Assembly (NCBI GenBank): GCA_034521595.1
Contig: JAXHMG010000003.1
Location: 1,472,001 to 1,536,000 of the forward strand
DNA from: Gemmatimonadota bacterium
GTDB lineage: Bacteria; Gemmatimonadota; Gemmatimonadetes; Longimicrobiales; Gaopeijiaceae
Length of the DNA: 64,000 nt
Reading direction: 5' to 3'
Both the position numbers and the translations under genes were made by a program. Within the stretch, counting starts at the first letter, position 1. Every line of letters starts with the position of its first letter. The notes beneath the pieces are model-generated. The model made no database searches. It had not been told where the DNA came from and was given only the letters and a program-made list of their open reading frames with translations. Below are positions 35,409-45,335 of this stretch, piece after piece.

Positions 35409-36686
35409 CTGTCTCGAAGTCCTCCGGCGCGTGGGGCCGATCCTTGGTCGGACGACCCCAACCTAGCGCGCCAGAGGGCTTCTTTTTGGGTGAGGGGTTC
35501 CGGGGCCCTCTCCTCGCGCCTGCGGCGCTCGGGGCCCACGGCTCCCGCGGCTACGGAAGTGTCAAATTCTCAACCGTCGCTTCTGTCCAAGATCAAACCG
35601 GTGGGGACATCCGTGCGGCCCCAACCTTCTTCCGAGCGGCTTGGAACTGGTTCAGCCACTTCGATACCCTGATGTCGCTCTGGGCTGGCTCGGGAGTGCA
35701 TCCGCCCTGATTGCAGCCTTCTCTGCAGTGGTGGGTTGGATCGTAGCGCGACTCGCTTCGTTCGGACCGGTCCTCAGCTTCTTCCTCGCGCTAATCGCAT
35801 GGGTCTTGGTGTCTGTCGCCTTGGCGCTGAATCGATGGGTTCCAGGTTGGAATGCCCGCTCCCGAAGAGAAGGGGCCGTCCGAGCCTCTCGGGACCAGTG
35901 AGGAGTCTCCGACGGAACTCGTCTTCCACCTGCAGTCTCCGACCGAGACGTTTGACCTACGGATCGCTGGAGCCTTTCCGGGAAAGCTGGGCCTGATCGA
36001 GATCGCGAATCCGACCGAAGCCGTTGAGCGTCTCGGCGCGCTTCTCCTACCGACCGTATTCCGCCGGAATGACCTCTCTCATGACCCGATCTGGTGGTTT
36101 CGTGGCCATTCGAGCCAGTCCGTCGAGACGTTTCGTGATCTCGAAGGCGGCAGGTGCCTCCTCAATCACATGGAACTCACCTTACGGCGCGTCGTCGCAT
36201 ACCGCTCGATCGATACGGCCCACCAATTCGTCTATGTAGAGTGCGACCCTGATCCACCTGTTGGTTCGGATCCCCACTCGCTCCGTAGCCTTGAAGAAAG
36301 GGTCGCGGAACGCGGTTACGCGGCCGAGGAGTACGGCCTCTTTCGGGGCATGCCGTCACTCGGATGGAGTACGATGACGCTGCAGCCGTGGATTAACGGG
36401 AAGCTGTAGATTTCACCACGACGTCAGACCGAGCAGAGGTCAGGCGTCGGTTTCCTTACGAGGTTCAACTTCATCATCTGCGCGAAGTTCCATCCGCTGA
36501 AATCGGAACGCCCTGGATCAATCCGATGGAGGATATCCCGAATGCGATCCTCCGGGGTGGGGCGACTGTTGAAGATCTAGTCGAGCACATCCGGCAACTT
36601 CCGGCGCATCCAGGGGATGGAATGCACCTGGCCTAATCGCTCAGAAGCGAGACCAAGGAACCGATCCATCACCTGAAGGCACCTTT

Positions 36687-36840
36687 CACATAACGTTCAG
36701 ACGTTTCCGACGTGGCCACCACGGAAGCGCCCACGCTACCTACCCGAGCATACGCTGCGATCTGCTCTCGTGCCACAAAACTCCGAGGCCATGTAGGTGA
36801 AGAGAGCGAAGCGAACGGAACCGGAAACGTTCTGTCATGC
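36687..36840. repeat. attC-like hairpin repeat B
   Basis: CACATAAC-GTTCAG-ACGTTTCCG-ACGTGGCC...GGCCATGT...CGGAAACGT-TCT-GTCATGC. Confidence 0.75.
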
Positions 36841-36959
36841 AGACGCTCTGGGCCCCGCTGTGCTGAGGAACCGTGGGAGTCTAGTACACCTGCGCTGTCT
36901 GGCCTTACGGGGAGAGTATCGAGCCCCGATGGTCCGGATGAATCGATCGGCGAAGTCCC

Positions 36960-37630
36960 CAATTCCACCGGCTCGCCAAGGTTGCCAAGCCCGTCGCTGT
37001 GTCTTCCAGCTAAGGCAAACGCTGTGATGGGAATGGCCAGCGTGAGCATAACGATTCCGTTGCGCACCCCGGAGAAGCTGACCGAAAGAGCGTTTGACCG
37101 AAGATTTGTCACTTTCTGATTCTGTTCAACATAGTAGAGTCGCCTCGCTCGCGCCCTCGATTCCATCCTTAATGACGATCTCTTCGTTGAGCGCAGGTTG
37201 ATACGTCCGAGCGACTTTCATTGCCTCCAACGCCCACCAGCCAGCTGCCAGCAGGTAGATCGCGCCCAGATAGCAGGACCACGGCGACAGCCACCGCTCG
37301 GCGATCACTCGGAAGACCGAAGAAGTTGACGCTGGCAGACAAGATCGCGAAGGAAAGAGTCACCCCAATGATGTTGCTCTTAGCCTTGTCTTCGATGGAT
37401 CGTCGCCGTTCCAGCTCAATACCTTCAAAGAATCGGAGGCGGTCCTCATCGACCGCACTCGCCGTCTGTCGAAGCTCCTTCAGGTGGCAGGAGAACGCGT
37501 CGTCTCGATCCTCCAAGTCCTTAAGGATGGCTTTCCGAGCATTTCTAGCGGCCGGGATATCCAACAGAAAGCACACGGCTCATGCGAGTCACCATCGAGG
37601 AGAGCCGTCCCCCACGGTGATTATCCACGA
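36960..37630 (-). CDS. Membrane protein downstream of the ATP-grasp gene (frameshifted, ends approximate)
   Basis: RRRSIEDKAKSNIIGVTLSFAIL, LGAIYLLAAGWWAL, VRNGIVMLTLAI hydrophobic segments. Confidence 0.5.
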
Positions 37631-38567
37631 ATGAGAGCTCGTGCCAGAGTCAGGGATATCTCAAGGTCGAGAGCGGACTCCAGCCACACCCACTCTCCGA
37701 GAGGGTTGACCTCCAAGAAGAGGTATTCGCCGTCCCGCTCCATCAGGTCTATCGCCCCATATATCGAGCCCCAGGCGGTCCATCAGTCGAAGGCATCCAT
37801 CGACGACTTCGGTAGGCAATGTGGTCAGTCTATAAGACACGTCACCCTTGCGGAGCCGCCAGTCGCCGTCAATCGACTCGCCGTTGTCCGTGATCGCCAC
37901 CGCCCACCAGGTTGAGCCCACGATCGTAAGGCGAACGTCCACCTTTGGCTGGACACCTTCCTGTAGGACGTACGGCATCTACCGAGTTGCGGGCCTGAGC
38001 CTTGAATGCTTCAGCGCTCATCAGTGTCGTGTAGCCGAAATGGACGTCCGCATCGTCCTCCCAGAGCACGGTGTCCAATCCCTTTACGGCTACGCGCCCG
38101 GCACCAGGAAAGTGGTCAAACGGCCAGTTGCCGATTCTCGTCCATGGGATTTGCAGCCCGGCCTCAACCGCGACCGCGAGCTGCTCAAGCTTGTCGTTCG
38201 GATCTGTAGATCGCGAACGGAGAGTTGATCCAATGCCCACCTGCGGCGACCAATGAGCGGAGCATCGTCTCCCAATGGAGATGTCTCAACTGACTCGGCC
38301 CGGGACTCCCATGCGTTCGAACATACGCAGGCCGCTTGCAGTAGACGGAGTGAGGACCGGACACCGTGAAGGCCTGTCCTGAGGACTCACCGAAGATTGT
38401 CTTGGCTACCGGGTCGACGCTGATCCGGACCGGAGATCCTCGGTATTCAGTCGTTGGTAGGAGGCGTCTAGGTCACGAAGGTGCCCAACGACCAAGTCAG
38501 CGCCGAAATCGAATCGCGACGTGATCAGCAGGATCGTGGGAGCCGAAGAGGAAATGTCGTTACTCAA
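37621..38567 (-). CDS. ATP-grasp ligase, RimK/MvdC-D-like RiPP maturase (frameshifted)
   Basis: ILLITSRFDFGADLV..YQRLNTEDL, DKLEQLAVAVEAGLQIPWTRIGN, QEGVQPKVDVRLTIVG, DWR, FLEVNPLGEW. Confidence 0.8.
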
Positions 38568-38776
38568 TATCCCTTCTGGTCCTCTCCGGTTTCGACGTCG
38601 TTCTTCTTCGTCTGGGGGCGGGGGCCTTCCGGCCGCCTCATCAGCAGTTCTCCCGATTCCGAGTGAACCCACGCGCCGATCTTCGGGTCATATGCTGCCC
38701 CCCTAGGTGTGGGATCGGATGCGGGGCGCGAGTTCCTGACTGCTCCTGCTATCAGCATGTGCTTAGACAGTTGCAT
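38564..38776 (-). CDS. Putative graspetide precursor peptide (70 aa)
   Basis: GGAGG RBS; C-terminal core TKKNDVETGEDQKG rich in T/K/D/E; stop overlaps the ATP-grasp start. Confidence 0.7.
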   Translation of the reverse strand: MQLSKHMLIAGAVRNSRPASDPTPRGAAYDPKIGAWVHSESGELLMRRPEGPRPQTKKNDVETGEDQKGY

Positions 38777-38869
38777 CGATCCTCCAGGACGTGATGACAT
38801 ACGACAAGACATGGGGCGGCACGAACACTATCCGTTTCTCTACAACAAGAGGGGTCCAGAGTGTCTCAT

Positions 38870-40368
38870 AGACACGATGGAAGGGCTGGCCTCCTGGTTT
38901 TTTCGTGGATTAGCATCCCGAAGTAGCCCGGAGTGCCAGAGCCACCTGCGGCGTTCGAGCCGCACAGCCCAGGAGACCAGCCCATGTCTGCGCCAATCTT
39001 CTTCGTCGGCCTCGACGTGCACAAGGACACGGTGACGGTCGCGGTGTTTCGCAACCGCGATGTGGAGCCGATGCGGGTCGATCGACTTCCCCACGACCAC
39101 AAGAAGCTGCGTCGCTACTTCCAGCGTCTCGAGGCCGAGGGCTCGAGTCCGAGCCTGCTACGAAGCCTCCGGGGCGGGCTACGTGCTGCAGCGCGCGCTC
39201 ACCGAGTGGGGCATCGCCTGCGAGCTCGCCGCTCCGTCCCTCATTCCGAGGCGAGCGCGGTGAGCACCGCAAGACCGATCGACGCGATGCGATCGAGATC
39301 GCCCGGGACTTTCGCGACGATCGCCGCGTGCTCATCCACATCCCCACCGAAGCCGACGAGCGCGTCCGCGACTTGGTGCGCTGCCGCGAGACCTTCCAGC
39401 GCGAGATCGTCAAGTCACGCCATTACATCCTGAAGTTCCTGCGCCGCCGAGGCTTCATCTACCGCGACGGCACGCACTGGACCACGCGCCACATGAACTG
39501 GATCCGACAGGTGCTCGAGCCCGGCACCCTCGCCGAGGAGGACGGCGTCGTGCTCGCCGAGTACCTTGCGCTCCTCGAGTACGAGTTGCAGCGCAGAGAC
39601 GAGCTCGACCGCAGGATCGAGGCCCTGGCGCTCACGCCCCGCTACAAGCCCCTCGTCGACCGTATCCGCTGCTTCCGGGGCTTCAAGACCCAGGCGGCCA
39701 TGGTGCTCGCCACCGAGATCGGCGACGTGCGTCGCTTCGAGAGTCCGCGCCAGCTCATGGCCTATCTCGGACTCGTGCCCGGCGAGAACTCCTCGGGCGA
39801 TCGAAGGCGACTCGGGGCCATCACCAAAGCCGGCAACGCACGCGTGCGTCATGTGCTCATCCAGGCCGCCTGGCAGTACCGACGACGGCCTGCCGTCGGT
39901 GTCACCCTCCGGCGTCGTCAGCAAGGTCAGGACCCGGCCGTCATCGCCCATGCCTGGAAGTGTCAGGACCGTCTCTACAAGGTCTTCCACCGCCTGGCCG
40001 CCAAGAAGCCCAAGCCCGTCGCCGCCACGGCCGTCGCACGTGAGATGGTCGGCTTCCTGTGGGCCGTGCTCAACGACATCGATGTCGCCCAACTCCAGGA
40101 CGCGGAGGTGAGCCGAGCCGCCTGACCCCGATCCTGACACTTCACGTCCGGAAGGAGAGCGCCCGGGGCACGATAGGAGAACGCCTCGAAACGTTATGGG
40201 GTCCGGCTCCGTGCCCAATCCCCGCACATAGACTCCGGCCAGCTCCCGACGAATCCGTCTCATGATGCTCTGAGCCTCAACGCTCAACCATCGAATATCA
40301 GCAGGATGCATCGTCGAAGACGCCCCGGCCTCTCCTTCGGACCGCGACTTGACAACACCCTTCCATAT
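38870..40368 (+). mobile_element. IS110-family (IS1111-type) element
   Basis: Subterminal IRs ATGGAAGGG (38877-38885) / CCCTTCCAT (40358-40366); long 3' non-coding region; TTGACA at 40349; ends approximate. Confidence 0.8.
38984..40125 (+). CDS. IS110 transposase (frameshifted near the 5' end)
   Basis: FVGLDVHKD, CYEA, KTDRRDA, AYLGLVPGENSSG, GAITKAGN. Confidence 0.9.
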
Positions 40369-40421
40369 CAGGCGACCGGAACCGGGGCGTCCGTGGGCGT
40401 GGTGCGCCGGACCCGGAGCTC

Positions 40422-40793
40422 GTGGAGCGCCCTCGGCGTCGTACGTTCACGGCGGCCTACAAGCTCAAGATCGTGCAGGAAGCGGACGCGTGCGAGAAGC
40501 GGGGCGAGGTGGGCGCGTTGCTGCGTCGTGAGGGGCTCTACACGTCCCACCTCTCGGCGTGGCGCAAGGAGCGCGACAAGGGAGCGCTCCAGGCGCTGTC
40601 GAAGCCTCGGGGTCGGCCGAAGCCGGATCCACGCGACGGCGAGATCGAGCGGCTGCGCCGGCGTGCGGAGCGAGCCGAAGCCGAGCTGGCCACGGCCCAC
40701 AAGGTCATCGAGGTGCAGGGAAACGTCTCGGCGCTCTTGGAAGAGCTGCTCCAGGCTGGGGGCGCGAAGCAGAACGGGAGCAGCGAGCGGTGA
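40422..40793 (+). CDS. IS3 OrfA (5' part probably missing)
   Basis: RRRTFTAAYKLKIVQEAD..GALLRREGLYTSHL. Confidence 0.85.
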   Translation: MERPRRRTFTAAYKLKIVQEADACEKRGEVGALLRREGLYTSHLSAWRKERDKGALQALSKPRGRPKPDPRDGEIERLRRRAERAEAELATAHKVIEVQGNVSALLEELLQAGGAKQNGSSER

Positions 40794-41794
40794 CGGAGCA
40801 GGCCGTGGAAGAGCTCACGCCACTGATCGGGACGAGTCCGGCGTGCCGGGCCCTCGGGACGGCACGGGCGACGATCTACCGGCGTCGGCGTCCACCCGAG
40901 CCCCGGCCCCGGAAGCCTCGGCCGAAGCCGGCGCGGGCGCTCTCGGAACAGGAGCGCGACGCGGTGCTCGAAGCGCTGCACTCCGAGCGCTTCGTCGATG
41001 CCTCACCGGCACAGGTCTGGGCCACGCTGCTCGATGAAGGCCGTTACCTGGCGTCGGAGCGCACGATGTACCGCCTCCTGGCCGAGCAGAGCGGGAGCCG
41101 GGAGCGGCGCGACCAGTTGGTCCATCCGGCCTATGCCAAGCCGGAGTTGCTGGCCACGCGGCCCAACGAGCTCTGGAGCTGGGACATCACCAAGCTCCTG
41201 GGGCCGGCCAAGTGGACCTACTTCTACCTCTACGTCATCCTGGACGTCTTCAGCCGCTACGTCGTGGGCTGGACGATCCAGCACCGTGAGTCGGCCTCCG
41301 TGGCCCAGCAGCTCATCGCCCAGAGCATCGAGCAGCAGGACGTCGGGGCCGGCGAGCTCACGATCCACGCCGACCGCGGCACCTCGATGCGCTCGAAGCC
41401 GGTCGCGTTCCTGCTCGCCGACCTCGGCGTCACGAAGACGCACTCGAGGCCCTACACCTCGACGGACAACCCCTACTCCGAGGCCCAGTTCAAGACGCTC
41501 AAGTACCGGCCCGACTTCCCCCACCGCTTCGCCTCGATCCTGCACGCGAGGTCCTGGGCCCGGGGCTTCTTCGCCTGGTACAACCATGAGCACCGCCACT
41601 CCGGCCTTGGCCTCATGACCCCGACCACGGTCCACTACGGCCGGGCCGACGAGGTCAGGGAACAGCGTGGTGAGGTGCTCGAGGCCGCCTACGCGGCCAA
41701 CCCCGAACGCTTCGTGCGCGGGCTACCCCAGCCGCCCAAGTCGCCCACCGCAGCTTGGATCAACCCACCCGCCACCGAGGAGGATGCTCACTAA
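40790..41794 (+). CDS. IS3 OrfB DDE transposase
   Basis: WSWDITKL, LDVFSRYVVGW, HADRG, DNPYSEAQFKTLKY; uninterrupted. Confidence 0.92.
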   Translation: MTEQAVEELTPLIGTSPACRALGTARATIYRRRRPPEPRPRKPRPKPARALSEQERDAVLEALHSERFVDASPAQVWATLLDEGRYLASERTMYRLLAEQSGSRERRDQLVHPAYAKPELLATRPNELWSWDITKLLGPAKWTYFYLYVILDVFSRYVVGWTIQHRESASVAQQLIAQSIEQQDVGAGELTIHADRGTSMRSKPVAFLLADLGVTKTHSRPYTSTDNPYSEAQFKTLKYRPDFPHRFASILHARSWARGFFAWYNHEHRHSGLGLMTPTTVHYGRADEVREQRGEVLEAAYAANPERFVRGLPQPPKSPTAAWINPPATEEDAH

Positions 41795-42149
41795 TATCAG
41801 ACCACCTTCTGTCTCATCGGCGTTGACAGGTTCCGCTTCACGCTAGATACGTACGGATGCTTCGGCCCAGAACTGAAACAGAAAAAGCGACGGGCCGCGC
41901 CCGCCGCCACCCTATCCGTCCGCGGTCTTGCTTCGGTCCTTCTTAATGGTGTTATGAGTCGTTGCAGGCACGGTCGTCGTCACCGTACCGCTACCCCTTC
42001 TTTGGCTCGTTGGTCGTATACTGTCCCACGATCGACGGCACCTCTCCTGGTACGGCGCTCCAGATCCTCCCCTTCGCTCGATCAGGTCTGAGAACAGGGC
42101 AACTGTGTCGAGATGAATACCTCTTTCGCTCTCCTCCTTACGGCGGCTA

Positions 42150-42937
42150 AGCCAATTACCTTCTCCTGGCCCTCCGTGCGATAGCGTTCAATCGCATCGG
42201 GTGACTAGCTGATCGGCAGGATCGGAGCTTCGGCTCTGCAGGGACTCCCGAAGTTTGTGATGCACGACGGCCAGCCCGGCAACGTACTCACGGATCAGCG
42301 GTACTCAGATCGACCACCTCCCCAAGATCGGCCAGTTCATCGAGAACGTTCGACTGAAGCCTCCATCCTCCCGGAGACGCTCGGTATCGATGCTCGGTAC
42401 TATTGCATTTCGGCGGGTCGAGCCTTCTTCAAGTCGGTCGCGCCAGAACTGATGGGACATGCGCACCGCACCGCAACTCCCCGGGTGCTGCGTGTAGTTC
42501 CGAAGGGCCTCCATCGCCCGGTATCCGAGACGGGAGTCATACTCGATGGATCGCCATGCGTTGAACCGGGCAAGACCGGTCCGAGTCTTTGCCGAATCGG
42601 CAGCTGAGTAGGTGACGGCGCCTGATCCAGGTATCCTCTTCCACCCGAAAGGAGGTTCACGACTCTTCGGTCGACATCGTGGATGGTTCCGACCGCACTC
42701 GGACCAAGACCCCTCTGTACAGAGGAGTGAATACAACGCCCGATCGAGCAGGGCACCTTCGTACTCATAGAAGTTTGCCAGGACGAGATGGAAGCCTTCT
42801 TCCAAAGCGAGGGCGTCCACCAGTAGACCCTTGGCGTCCTTCAGCTCCTGGAAGTCGCTCCGATCAAGCGGGAGGAATGGTGTCTTCCCGAAGACGGCGA
42901 TCTGACCAGAGCCGTGTCCGACCTGATCATCGTTCAT
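42150..42937 (-). CDS. Cassette-borne hypothetical protein with RxxxxH (HEPN-like) motif (frameshifted, end uncertain)
   Basis: DRRVVNLLS and YRAMEALRNYTQH; flanked by 18-bp inverted cassette ends. Confidence 0.5.
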
Positions 42938-43020
42938 ACGGAAATCTGGATTGCTGCGTTTACCAAGAGAGAAGAGGAGGGACACCCCCCCGACGTCGCG
43001 CGAGATCCAGCCTGCAATGA

Positions 43021-43140
43021 CTCATAACGAATCAGGGGTTTCCGAACTTGCGGCCTGGCGCGGCTCGTCGCGCTCGCACGAGACGTGACAGGGCGGAAGT
43101 CAGGCCGGAGGGGCCCCGGAGCCGGGAACCCTCACAGTGG
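43021..43140. repeat. attC-like hairpin repeat E (divergent)
   Basis: CTCATAAC-GAATCAG-GGGTTTCCG...CAGGCCGGAG..CGGAGC-CGGGAACCC; same layout as B/C/D with a degenerate right core. Confidence 0.55.
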
Positions 43141-43179
43141 AGGGCTGAAATCGCGCCCCGACCCGTGACCATCCGTCCT

Positions 43180-43900
43180 ATCGGGACCCATCCCAAGTGC
43201 GGGCTTTACGGATGCGCGTTCGAATCCTTCTCGGCAGTAGCGGGTCTCCCGCATCCAACCGGTACTTTCGCGAAAGTAATTCTCAGCGACGTTCTCCTGC
43301 CTTGCCTGCTTCCCCCAGTCGCACCAAAACAGGAGACAAACGATCTAAGATCCGGATGTCTCCCGAGATACCTCGTCTCCACGCAACTCTTGGAGGAGCT
43401 CACCGACAAAACCCTCCCTCCCGCTGTATCCCCGCATACTCATCAATCGTCCTGCAGAGCCTCTTCTATGTACATCCGAGCTGCCGCACGCACACTCCGT
43501 CTTCTCTAGAGACTTCGCCCGATCAGCAGCAGCGCTGAGACTCATTTCTCAGCTTCCAGAATCTTTGGTTAGCTTCATAGTCTATCACCCTCCCGAAATT
43601 GATCCAGTTTACCAAACTCTCATTTTCCCGCGCCATCCAGCGGGCCTCAAGGTCCTCTGCACCTTCCTCATCGAGATCGTCAGCCAAGATGAGAACCTTG
43701 TACTCGTCGTCGAGATGCCTCTTCACGTAGAATTCCCAGAGCTCATGCCCATTCTTCTCCCACGCACGGCGCCCCTTGCCCTTCCCGACGTAGAAGATCT
43801 CGCCATCGCGATCCACATGCGCGTACACGTAGAACCGACGCGGATTCGTTCGATCGGCCTCGTCGGATGGTGTCAGCCTCTGAGGCGAAGTGGAGTCACT
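43180..43900 (-). CDS. GIY-YIG nuclease-domain protein (frameshifted C-terminus, ends approximate)
   Basis: FYVYAHVD..IFYVGKGKGRR..E..N motif set. Confidence 0.75.
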
Positions 43901-43980
43901 GAGTGACAGAGCGATACCGCGATTGGTAAAATGAAACAGCAGCTCGTTATGTGGCGTGCTGCACTTGGTCCATGACGCCA

Positions 43981-45069
43981 CTACTGCTCGGGGTAAACAC
44001 CCAACAACGCGGCGACGCTTGCTTTCCACTCCTCTCGGCACCCCCTCATCGCGACAGTAGCTCCGAAAGCGACTTCAATTTGTGTTGAAGAGGGGTGAAC
44101 GAGGTTCGCTCGACGTTGAATATCGGTGACCGCCTCTAGATCAGCGCTGAACCCAGTCGATGGACAGTACGCGATCCTCACCGGTTTCGATGAGGTGGTA
44201 CCTTCTGGAAACGACCGCCCTTCGCTCTGTCTACAATCAGCAGAGGACCACGAGGCCGACGCCCTTCTACGTCTGCGGCGGCGAGCAACGCGGTTCCCAT
44301 CACGGGAACTAAGGTCATGAGGCCCAACCGGAGATAGATCGGGGTCATCTGCCGATGCTCCATCGAAGACCTCCTTCGGGTAGCATCCAGTAACATCCGC
44401 CATCTCCCCTTCGGGGATGGCCGCTCGGGCGAACCGACCGCCTGCCGCCGGCCAGGCGTCTGATTAGAGCGATCGCAATCGCCGCGCAACGATCCAGATT
44501 CTCTTCAGGATAGTCACTGACGACGAGGAAGCCGTCGCCAAACTGATGCGCGAAGAGCCGCTCCCGTTCCTTCGGAAACACACGACGACCGATGCGGGCG
44601 ATGGCAGCCATGAGTTCGCCAATCGCCTGCACGTGGTCCCGCGACGATCGCTGCTTGAAGCCCTGAACGTCGATGTACAGTGACGATCGGTCGTCAGCGG
44701 AAGCAACCGTCGCTCCGAAAGGAGAGCCTCTCCGCCCTTTGCCACTGATCTCGCTCGCCAAACCCATCCTGTGGAGAGCCAGAAGCAGAACCGTGCAATT
44801 GCAGTTGTGGCCTCTCTGGCTGCGGTACCGAACACCTCGGGCGACATACTCCTTGAGATCCGTGGTCGCGGACGTACCGTCCGGCGGAATGCTGAAACGC
44901 ATGATAGAGAGCTTCCACACCAACGTAGAACCGCGAGTGGCCACGTTGGTAGCAGAGCCGTCGGTCGTCGGACGAGACGATCTTGGTGGTGCCGCCGCCT
45001 GGATTCTCAAGGAGCGTGCCCTGGGGGCACGCTGTCGCCCAGCCTGTGCGAGAACTGAGTAAAATCCAT
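43981..45069 (-). CDS. Class III nucleotidyl-cyclase-like protein (frameshifted)
   Basis: YIDVQGF, QFGDGFLVV and VMGTALLAAA correspond to the two metal Asp motifs and the G..N.AA region of class III cyclases. Confidence 0.5.
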
Positions 45070-45129
45070 GGAGATCGGCGCCGCCTCCCGATAGAGCTTC
45101 CAACTCACGGCACCTCGTTCCTAGCATGC

Positions 45130-45287
45130 CACATAACGTTCAGATGTTTCCGACGTGGCCACAGCATATGCGCTCATCTTTCCTGGGCCTTCGGAGTGCA
45201 GCTGACAGCATACGATATCAGCACGTTCGAGGCCATGTAGGTCGGAGCGAACGAAGTGAGCGGAGCCGGAAACATTCTTGTTATGTG
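45130..45287. repeat. attC-like hairpin repeat C
   Basis: CACATAAC-GTTCAG-ATGTTTCCG-ACGTGGCC...GGCCATGT...CGGAAACAT-TCTT-GTTATGTG. Confidence 0.8.
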
Positions 45288-45335
45288 ATGGCCTTTCGCT
45301 GTTTCCCTACACCGATTCGCACTCTTGGGCAGCGG

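Larger units (their letters stand above)
33197..35609 (-). mobile_element. IS21-family insertion sequence
   Basis: TGT...ACA ends; imperfect ~55-bp terminal inverted repeats ending TTTGACACTTCC; 4-bp TSD tccg; istA+istB. Confidence 0.92.
33174..36636 (+). pseudogene. Cassette gene (N-terminal TM helices), split by IS21 within codon 8
   Basis: Removing the IS and one TSD restores VKIKDIIRAAPTFFRAAWNW..., continuing through hydrophobic helices to the 35852-36409 ORF and a stop at 36636. Confidence 0.6.
40371..41834 (+). mobile_element. IS3-family element, left end apparently truncated by the IS110
   Basis: orfA/orfB pair; right end TGTCTCATCGGCGTTGACAGGTTCC; orfA-like coding sequence abuts the IS110 end. 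Confidence 0.7.

Noticed and set aside
31294-45069. TIR plus cyclase as a canonical Pycsar or CBASS system
   Set aside because: The genes are 12 kb apart in separate units; the TIR protein lacks a recognisable cNMP-binding or STING domain; no CD-NTase.
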